From NCBI GenBank assembly GCA_030704665.1, contig JAUYID010000009.1:330460-394459 (forward strand): a DNA stretch of 64,000 bases. Reading direction: 5' to 3'. The notes beneath the pieces were generated by a model, which saw nothing but the letters and a program-made list of their open reading frames with translations, made no database searches and was not told the origin of the DNA. Shown here in pieces: positions 26,302 to 33,446 of this stretch; the stretch's first letter is position 1, and each line of letters starts with the position of its first letter. The stretch is from a bacterium (GTDB taxonomy: Bacteria > Patescibacteriota > Microgenomatia > Woykebacterales > RBG-16-39-9b). Made by a program: the position numbers and the translations under genes.

Positions 26302-27242
26302 AAAAACAGAGACGACAATTTTACTTTTTTAACAAAGTCATGACCGCAGGCTTTTGTTTACTGGTCTTTTTGGCTTTGGCCAAGGCAGCTTCCGCTGCGG
26401 GTTTATCGCTTACTCCAAGTTCAGGCAACGTGAAATCAGGAGAAGAGCTTAAAGTTCAACTTGTTCTTGATACTGACAGTACTGAGACAGTTGATGGAGC
26501 TGATGCTATCCTCACTTTTGATGACAACCGACTCAAGCCAAAGGAAGTAAAGTCAACTGGAGAATTTAGCAATTTGATTACCAAAGAAAGTCCAGGGAGA
26601 CTACAAATCACCGCTTTAGCTTCCAAAGAAGGGCAAAATTTTGAAACCTCGATTCCTCTCGCCGAAGTGACCTTCACTATTCTTCAGTCAGGTGTAGCTG
26701 CGGTTGGTTTTGATTTTAGCGAAGGCTCGACGACTGATTCAAATGTAGTCCAGCACAAAACCCTCAAAGACATTCTCCAAAGCGTCAACGGCGGAAACTA
26801 TTCTGTGACAGCGACTCCTGGGCAACAAACGGTCAGTCTTTTGAAAAGGATTTTTCCAATTTTGATCATAATCTTTGTCCTGTTCTTAATCGGGTTTGGG
26901 GTTTTCTGGTTCGTCCGAAGAGGGGGTTTTGGTTTCTTTGGTGGAGGAGGGCAGGATGAGGATGTCTTTTATCCAGAATCAGTGCCAATGGACGAAGTTC
27001 CAAAGGATGTAGAAATTCCAAGTGGGCAGCCTCTGACAGCTCAGGGCCAAGAAGAGCAGACGGCTGCCTCACTACCAACTGAGACCGCGGCAGCTGACTC
27101 GCAACCGCCTGTTTCTGTCCCACCAGGTCCTGAGGAAACTCCCGAACAACAGTCATCGGACCAGCCCTACAACGCCTGGACCGCCGCCCCACCGCCAACA
27201 AATCAGCCTCCGACTCCGCCGGTGAGTGGAGAGGGTAGCTAA
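26298..27242 (+). CDS. Type-I membrane protein with an extracellular cohesin-like beta-sandwich domain, single TM, Pro/Thr/Gln-rich cytoplasmic tail
   Basis: Signal peptide, then TPSSGNVKSGEELKVQLVLDT…AILTFDDNRLKP…AEVTFTILQSGVAAVGFDF resembling cohesin modules. TM IFPILIIIFVLFLIGFGVFWFV. Overlaps the upstream dockerin gene (ATGA). Confidence 0.45.
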   Translation: MKKQRRQFYFFNKVMTAGFCLLVFLALAKAASAAGLSLTPSSGNVKSGEELKVQLVLDTDSTETVDGADAILTFDDNRLKPKEVKSTGEFSNLITKESPGRLQITALASKEGQNFETSIPLAEVTFTILQSGVAAVGFDFSEGSTTDSNVVQHKTLKDILQSVNGGNYSVTATPGQQTVSLLKRIFPILIIIFVLFLIGFGVFWFVRRGGFGFFGGGGQDEDVFYPESVPMDEVPKDVEIPSGQPLTAQGQEEQTAASLPTETAAADSQPPVSVPPGPEETPEQQSSDQPYNAWTAAPPPTNQPPTPPVSGEGS

Positions 27243-27967
27243 AAAACTTTGGTCAAAAGCTGTCCGTCGATTTCGTAGACTAGCTTGCAACCCTTCTTCA
27301 GTTTACTTTTTGCTTCTTCAAAAAGCCGTTTGTAAAAAGTCATTTGGGATTGACCGGAGTCAAGAGCACTTCGTGGTTCGTAGTTTCTCACCTCTTCTTT
27401 TAAGTTCAGATAATTCCTTGTTGGGATGTAGGGTAGGTTGGCCACAATCAAATCAAGTTTTTCCTCTATTCCCTCGGTTAAATCAGTTTGGATAAACTCA
27501 ATTCTGTCTAAAACTAAATGAAGGGCGGCATTTTTCCGAGCCACAAAGAGAGCAGCCGTGGAAGTATCAGTAGCCATGATTCTAGCGGAAGGAAGACTGA
27601 GGGCGAGAGAAACCGCGATACAGCCACTGCCGGTTCCAACGTCAACTAGAGTTGGGTTTGGGAAATTTTTTACTGACTGAATTACTTCTTCTACCAAATC
27701 TTCACTTTCCGCACGAGGAATCAAAACCTTTGGGTTGACCAGAAACTTGAAGCCAAAAAACTCTTTATAACCAAGAATATAGGCTAGGGGTTCGCTTTTG
27801 GCTCGTCGGTCAACTAAATTCTTGAAGTTCGTTGTTTGGGTTTTGGTTAAATCTTGTTCCGGATGAGCAAAAAGAAAGGAACGATCTTTTTTTAAAAGCT
27901 CAGCGAGCAGAATCTCAGTTTCGGTTCGATCAATCGTTGAGGCAGCCAAGGTCCACTTAATTGTCAT
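27239..27967 (-). CDS. prmC: Release-factor glutamine N5-methyltransferase PrmC/HemK (catalytic motif NLPY instead of NPPY)
   Basis: SAM-binding VDVGTGSGCIAV; LIVANLPYIP; lies immediately downstream of prfA with a 4-nt overlap. Confidence 0.75.
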   Translation of the reverse strand: MTIKWTLAASTIDRTETEILLAELLKKDRSFLFAHPEQDLTKTQTTNFKNLVDRRAKSEPLAYILGYKEFFGFKFLVNPKVLIPRAESEDLVEEVIQSVKNFPNPTLVDVGTGSGCIAVSLALSLPSARIMATDTSTAALFVARKNAALHLVLDRIEFIQTDLTEGIEEKLDLIVANLPYIPTRNYLNLKEEVRNYEPRSALDSGQSQMTFYKRLFEEAKSKLKKGCKLVYEIDGQLLTKVF

Positions 27968-28869
27968 TGGTCTTGAGATTGGAAGGCGGTGATGATGGGT
28001 TTTAAATTGCCTTCAAGTATTTCTTCGATGTTGTGAAAGCTTTTGCCGAGACGATGATCAGTGATACGGTCTTGTGGGAAGTTGTAAGTACGAATCTTTT
28101 CTGACCTATCCCCAGAGCCGATCTGCTCTTTTCGAGTAGAATCTATATTACTTCGTTTTCTCTCTTCTTCGGCTTGATAAAGGCGGGCGCGGAGAACACC
28201 TAGTGCGCGCTGCCGGTTTTGCAACTGACTGCGCTCTGAAGAACAAGTGGCGACTAATCCAGTGGGAAGGTGGGTGATTCTTACCGCGGTCTCAACTTTT
28301 TGAACATTTTGTCCACCATGGCCCCCGGCGCGGAAAGTGTCAATTTTGAGATCGGTTGGGTTAATTTCGAAGTCTTTTTCTTTTATTTCCGGTAAAACTG
28401 CCACCGAGGCAGTGGAAGTGTGAATCCTTCCGCCAGACTCAGTTTCAGGTACTCTTTGAACACGATGGACTCCGGACTCGAGCCTTAGATCTTCGTAGGC
28501 CGCAGGGTTGCCAATTCGAAAAATCACTTCTTTAATATTGCCAAGCCCACCTTCGTTGATGGAAAGTTGCTCTACCTTCCAGCCTTGGTTGTCGGCAAAA
28601 CGAGTGTACATTCGGTAGAGAACACCGGCGAAAAGGCCAGCCTCGTCACCTCCAGCGGCAGCTCTGATTTCAAGCAGCGCTCCTGAGGCGGTTTCGACTT
28701 CGCCGGGGTTTGAGCCGGTCAATGCTTTCTCAAGCGCTTCCTTCTGCTCTTGGAGAGCCTTAACTTCCTCTTCTGCTAGTTGTCTCAAACTTTCATCAGA
28801 AGCAATCAGCTCTTTGAGATCTGCAATTTTTTTGTCTAACTCTTCAATTTGGGATTGGAGATAGTCCAT
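27964..28869 (-). CDS. prfA: Peptide chain release factor 1
   Basis: GGQ motif (RAGGHGGQNVQKVETAVRITH) and RF1-type PxT region (RVQRVPETESGGRIHTS). Confidence 0.85.
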   Translation of the reverse strand: MDYLQSQIEELDKKIADLKELIASDESLRQLAEEEVKALQEQKEALEKALTGSNPGEVETASGALLEIRAAAGGDEAGLFAGVLYRMYTRFADNQGWKVEQLSINEGGLGNIKEVIFRIGNPAAYEDLRLESGVHRVQRVPETESGGRIHTSTASVAVLPEIKEKDFEINPTDLKIDTFRAGGHGGQNVQKVETAVRITHLPTGLVATCSSERSQLQNRQRALGVLRARLYQAEEERKRSNIDSTRKEQIGSGDRSEKIRTYNFPQDRITDHRLGKSFHNIEEILEGNLKPIITAFQSQDQ

Positions 28870-28893
28870 CTAACTTATAGAATAGGGGAAAAT

Positions 28894-29346
28894 TTAAGAA
28901 GCTTCAATCAGTTCCAGCATTTCTTTGAGAGATTTTGGTCTCTCCGCCGCCTTGGTTTCGCTAGGCTTTTTTGCTTTTCGATCTTTTTTAGCAGTCAGAC
29001 GGCGCTCAAAAGCTTCAACTCGACCCTCAGTATCGACAAATTTTGCTTGCCCGGTGAAGAAGGGATGGCATTTGCTGCAGACTTCAACGTGAATCTCGGG
29101 TCGTGTGGAACCAACCGTGAAAGTTGTGCCGCAAGAGCAAGTTACTTTGGCGTTTTCGAAGTACTCGATCGGCCCAAGTTCGCGCTTTTCTAGACCTTTT
29201 TCTTTTTTGACTGGAGTTTCGGCCACGGCTTCGCTAGCTTCTTCTTTTTCGAGAACTGCAGTTTGGACGGAGTCTTGAGTTGTTGCTACTTGTTTCTGCT
29301 CTTCCATAAAATTAGCTTCAAAATTTTGTCCCAATGATTCTAACAC
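28894..29346 (-). CDS. rpmE: 50S ribosomal protein L31 (Zn-ribbon type) with a ~65-aa acidic N-terminal extension and a Lys-rich C-terminal tail; start uncertain
   Basis: Core [12 protein letters not shown]…[10 protein letters not shown] matches L31. No internal Met near the core, so the extension may be real. Confidence 0.65.
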   Translation of the reverse strand: MLESLGQNFEANFMEEQKQVATTQDSVQTAVLEKEEASEAVAETPVKKEKGLEKRELGPIEYFENAKVTCSCGTTFTVGSTRPEIHVEVCSKCHPFFTGQAKFVDTEGRVEAFERRLTAKKDRKAKKPSETKAAERPKSLKEMLELIEAS

Positions 29347-29378
29347 AGGAATTGTGATTCTACAAGTTCAAAATCAAA

Positions 29379-30299
29379 TCAATTGCGCTGGTGTTTACGC
29401 AGGTGGTGGTGCGGTTTGTTCAAAGTTGAGAAGTAAACTCCGAGAAGAATTATTACTCCGGCCAGGAGAAAGAAGGGATCGAGCTTTTCATGCAAAAAGA
29501 TTGCTCCGAGGGCAATCGACACAATTGGCGTGATATAGCTGAGCGAGGAAACCAAGTGGACTTTGATTCGTGCTAGCCCCCAATCGAAAAGAAGATAGGC
29601 GAAAAAGGAGGCAAAAAGAGCAGAAAAGAGAATGGCGAGGATTCCGACCAAAGTTACTTCCCGAATCCAAAAAGGGTGGGTGGCGGTTTCAACTAGAGAA
29701 AAGGGAAGAAAAGCTAGACTGGAGACAAAGAAGGCAAAGCAAGTGACAGTCAACGAAGAGTAGCTTGCATAGAGTCTTTTCGAGCCAATGATATAGACCG
29801 AGCCAAAAATTACTGATAAAACAAGCAGAAAATTCCCGAGCAGTGGAAACTCAAAGTCACCTCCGTTGGTCAAGATAGGTCTGATCACGAGCAAAGCGGT
29901 GCCCAAAAAACCAAAGACAATGCCGGCTTTGTTGAGCAAGGAGATTTTTTCTTTCAAAAACCAGCTAGCCGCAACTAAATCAATGATTGGTTCCGTTGAA
30001 ATCAAAAGAGCTGCAGTCACGACAGTAGTTAAGTTCAAACCGAGAACCAAAAAGCCAATATGAAAAGCGAGCCCGAAGAGGGAAACAAAAATTAACGAGA
30101 CGGAGTCCTGCCGACTGACTTTTTGAGGAGGATGCAAAAGTAAGATTGGGGTGATCAAAAGAGCTGCAATCGCAAAACGGATAAAAACAGCTGAAAAAGG
30201 AGGGATTTCGGACAAAGCAATTTTTAAAGCCGGTGTGGTCAGGCCCCAGATGGTGGAAGCGAGAAGGACAGCGAGAAAGCCGGCAGTTTCTTTCTTCAT
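29379..30299 (-). CDS. DMT-superfamily (EamA-like) transporter, 10 TM
   Basis: Two EamA-like repeats; ATG start MKKETAGFLAVL chosen (the track ORF starts two codons upstream at TTG). Confidence 0.75.
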   Translation of the reverse strand: MKKETAGFLAVLLASTIWGLTTPALKIALSEIPPFSAVFIRFAIAALLITPILLLHPPQKVSRQDSVSLIFVSLFGLAFHIGFLVLGLNLTTVVTAALLISTEPIIDLVAASWFLKEKISLLNKAGIVFGFLGTALLVIRPILTNGGDFEFPLLGNFLLVLSVIFGSVYIIGSKRLYASYSSLTVTCFAFFVSSLAFLPFSLVETATHPFWIREVTLVGILAILFSALFASFFAYLLFDWGLARIKVHLVSSLSYITPIVSIALGAIFLHEKLDPFFLLAGVIILLGVYFSTLNKPHHHLRKHQRN

Positions 30300-30380
30300 T
30301 ACCAATTAGTTTAACAAAAACGTAAAAAGAAAGTTTCCGCTTGCCAGGTTAGGATCTTTTCCTCTATAATTTATGTAACT

Positions 30381-30926
30381 ATGAATGAACCTGCCCAGGC
30401 TGCTTCGATTGAGCATGGCTTGCCCAAAGGAGCAGAAACAGCTTCAACCTTTTCTACTTCTCTGGAAACAAATCCCCCGCAACCCCAAGTTGAGGTGAGA
30501 CCACAACTAAGCAATGAACAGCAAGAGGCTGACGAAGCACGAAGAATTCAAGAGTTAACCAGCCAAGTTCGTCAAGCTCAAGAACGGACGGAAGAACCAG
30601 TAAATTTTGCTCAGAGCCTCGAAAAAAGAGCTGAGGTACTAAACAAGCAAGCAACTGGTCTGCGGGCAGAACACGAGCCAGTAGACAAAGGACCCAGTGT
30701 CAGTCCAGCCACACACTTCCTTTTGGAGGCGGAAGAAAGAAGAGCCGCTCACTTAGCTGCCTTGGTTGGGGTAGATGCCACCGAGCCAGTCAAGCAAGAG
30801 AAACAAGTGCCCCCTCCGACTCAAGACAGAGGGGAAGCTGCTCCGAGCACCCCAACTAACTTAGAAGATAAAGCTAGAGCACTAGAAGCGCAATTTGAAA
30901 GTGGCGGAGGGCAAAAGGCTGCCTGA
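30381..30926 (+). CDS. Hypothetical Gln/Glu-rich predicted coiled-coil protein, stop overlaps the start of the following ATPase (ATGA)
   Basis: 181-aa ORF, low complexity; translationally coupled to 30926..33418. Confidence 0.5.
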   Translation: MNEPAQAASIEHGLPKGAETASTFSTSLETNPPQPQVEVRPQLSNEQQEADEARRIQELTSQVRQAQERTEEPVNFAQSLEKRAEVLNKQATGLRAEHEPVDKGPSVSPATHFLLEAEERRAAHLAALVGVDATEPVKQEKQVPPPTQDRGEAAPSTPTNLEDKARALEAQFESGGGQKAA

Positions 30927-33418
30927 TGTTTGATTTTACTGTTTACGCACAGACTCCAAATTCTCCTGATCTGGGCCAAAGTCTTTTGGGTTTGACGGTT
31001 TTGGTTTTAAGCCTACTTTTTGGCTTGGTTCTCTTTGCCCTTTTACCCTTTGCTTTTATCCTTTTTCGTCGTTACCAAAAAAGAGAGAAGCGTAGTTGGG
31101 ATTACGTGCTCTTGCAGGTAAAACCGACCAAGTACAACGAAATTAAAATCGAAGCCGCGGAAGCGATGTTCGCTTCTTTCTACGGACTTTTTCGGGCGGG
31201 TGCCCAGGGTTGGATAAAGGGGCAGGATCACATCGGGTTTGAGATTGTTTCCAAAAATGGCGAAATTGTTTTTTATGTTTCTACCCCCAATGAGCTTTCC
31301 GACCTAGTTGAAAAGCAAATCCACAGCTTTTACCCTGAAGCAGAGATTGTCCCAGTTCCGGACTACACAATCTCAACTGGAAAATATACTGATATCGTGG
31401 AGCTGTCTTTAAAGGCCAAAGCTTTCAAGCCAATCCGGCGCTTTAAAGAGTTTGGGGAGGACGTTGACCCGATGAACTCAATCACAACGGCTCTCTCCAA
31501 ACTTGAGCAAGGAGAAGCAGCAGCTTTACAGATACTGATTGCTCCGGCGGGAAGTGGCTGGCAAGGCCGCGGTTTTCGTGAAATTCACAGAGTCCAGACG
31601 AGTGCCTCAAGCTCAATTACTGCCCAAATCGGCAAAAGTATTACCAGCCCCGGGCAACCCCAACAGCCTGATCTACAACAACCCGAGGCTAGAACCAATT
31701 CAGTGACTATGGACCCTTACAAAAAAATTGAAGAAAAATCCTCAAAGCCTGGTTTTGACACCGTGATCCGTTTCGTGGTTTGCGCGAACAACAAATACAA
31801 CGCTGAAGTTTATATCAACAATATGATTGGCTCTTTCGCGCAGTTTGCTGATCCGGTAGGCAACGGTTTTCGGCGCCGTCGTTGGCCTTGGACTCTGACC
31901 AAAAAACAATCTCTTTCTGATTTCGTCAACCACATCATGCCCCTATTTTTTGGCAAAATGATTCTTAATACTGATGAGCTGGCAACAGTTTTTCATTTTC
32001 CCAGCAAAAAGGTCATGACCCCGAACATTATCTGGGCACTAGCCAAAAAATCCGCAGCCCCAACCACCGTTCCTAGCCAAGGTTTGTACCTTGGTAAAAG
32101 TGTCTTTCGGGGAGTGGAAACCCCGATCAGAATTACCGAGGATGATCGCCGTCGCCATACTTACATCATCGGGCAAACCGGTACTGGAAAAAGTGAGCTG
32201 CTCAAGCACCTGGCTTACCAAGACATTGTTGAAGGCAAAGGGGTGGCTTTTATCGATCCTCATGGGAGCGCAATTGAGGATTTGATCAATATGATTCCAG
32301 CTTCTCGAGCCGAAGACGTGATTCTTTTCGACGCGGGCGATACAGAAAGGCCGCTTGGACTCAATATTCTCGAGGGTGAAACTGACGAACAGAAAAACAT
32401 GGTGGTGAACTCTTTTATTGCCTTGCTCTACAAACTCTATGATCCAAAAAAAGTTGGCATCATGGGACCGAGATTGGAGCGGGCCATTCGCAACGTCATG
32501 CTTACGGCTATGGTGGAGAAAGGGAACACTTTGGTAGAAGTTTTGCGCTTGCTCATCGATCCGAAATTTGTTCAGGAGAAACTGCCGCTCATTACCGACC
32601 CCTTAGTACGTAGATATTGGACCGATGAGATCGCTCAAACTTCGGACTTTCATAAAAGCGAAACCATGGGTTACTTCGTTTCCAAATTTGACCGTTTCGT
32701 CACTGACAAACTGTTGCGCAATATTGTCGGTCAAAGTCAATCGGCTTTTGATTTTCGCAAATTGATGGACGAAGGCAAGATTTTGCTTGTTGACCTCTCC
32801 AAAGGAAAAATAGGGGATGAGAATTCCAATTTCTTGGGACTGATCTTAGTTCCAAGAATCCTCATCGCCGCCATGAGCCGGATTGATGTACCTGAGGAGC
32901 AACGCCGTGACTTTTATCTCTACGTGGACGAGTTTCAGAACTTTGCTACTCCTGACTTTGCGGTCATTCTTTCGGAAGCGAGAAAGTATCACCTCAACTT
33001 GACTGTCGCCAACCAGTTTATTGCTCAAATCGAGCAGGATATCAAAGACGCGGTTTTTGGTAACGTTGGAACTACGATTGCCTTCCGAGTCGGTATTGAT
33101 GACGCTACTTACCTGGAACATCAGTTTGAACCGGTTTTCAACAAGCAAGATCTGATCAACAACCCGATCGGGCACGCCTACATTCGCCTGCTCGTCAAGG
33201 GTCAACCGACGCCACCGTTTTCTTTTTCAACTGATTGGAACCAGATTCAGGGAATTGCCAGAAACAAAGAAACCGGCTCGGCCATTGCTGAGCTCTCTCG
33301 ACTCAGATTCGGAAAAGATAAAAATATTGTTGAAGCTGAAATAAATCGGCGGGCGGAGCTGGATAAACCAGTCCCCCTACAAAAACCAAATCCAGAGCCG
33401 ATCACAAAAAATGTTTAG
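30926..33418 (+). CDS. Membrane-anchored FtsK/HerA/VirD4-superfamily P-loop NTPase (type IV coupling-protein-like, TraG-D_C-type C-terminus)
   Basis: N-terminal TM; Walker A YIIGQTGTGKSEL, then AFIDPHGS…VILFDAGD…LGLNIL (coupling-protein-like pattern), Walker B YLYVDEFQNF, then ARKYHLNLTVANQFIAQ…GNVGTTIAFRVGIDDATYL. Paralogue of 59340..62288. Confidence 0.6.
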   Translation: MFDFTVYAQTPNSPDLGQSLLGLTVLVLSLLFGLVLFALLPFAFILFRRYQKREKRSWDYVLLQVKPTKYNEIKIEAAEAMFASFYGLFRAGAQGWIKGQDHIGFEIVSKNGEIVFYVSTPNELSDLVEKQIHSFYPEAEIVPVPDYTISTGKYTDIVELSLKAKAFKPIRRFKEFGEDVDPMNSITTALSKLEQGEAAALQILIAPAGSGWQGRGFREIHRVQTSASSSITAQIGKSITSPGQPQQPDLQQPEARTNSVTMDPYKKIEEKSSKPGFDTVIRFVVCANNKYNAEVYINNMIGSFAQFADPVGNGFRRRRWPWTLTKKQSLSDFVNHIMPLFFGKMILNTDELATVFHFPSKKVMTPNIIWALAKKSAAPTTVPSQGLYLGKSVFRGVETPIRITEDDRRRHTYIIGQTGTGKSELLKHLAYQDIVEGKGVAFIDPHGSAIEDLINMIPASRAEDVILFDAGDTERPLGLNILEGETDEQKNMVVNSFIALLYKLYDPKKVGIMGPRLERAIRNVMLTAMVEKGNTLVEVLRLLIDPKFVQEKLPLITDPLVRRYWTDEIAQTSDFHKSETMGYFVSKFDRFVTDKLLRNIVGQSQSAFDFRKLMDEGKILLVDLSKGKIGDENSNFLGLILVPRILIAAMSRIDVPEEQRRDFYLYVDEFQNFATPDFAVILSEARKYHLNLTVANQFIAQIEQDIKDAVFGNVGTTIAFRVGIDDATYLEHQFEPVFNKQDLINNPIGHAYIRLLVKGQPTPPFSFSTDWNQIQGIARNKETGSAIAELSRLRFGKDKNIVEAEINRRAELDKPVPLQKPNPEPITKNV

Positions 33419-33446
33419 GCAAGTTTTGTTATTATTAAAGTAACTT

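Noticed and set aside
27239-27967. PrmC lacking the NPPY motif as a sign of inactivity
   Set aside because: NLPY variants retain the essential Asn-Pro/Leu-Tyr geometry in related methyltransferases, and prfA is intact upstream. Likely functional.
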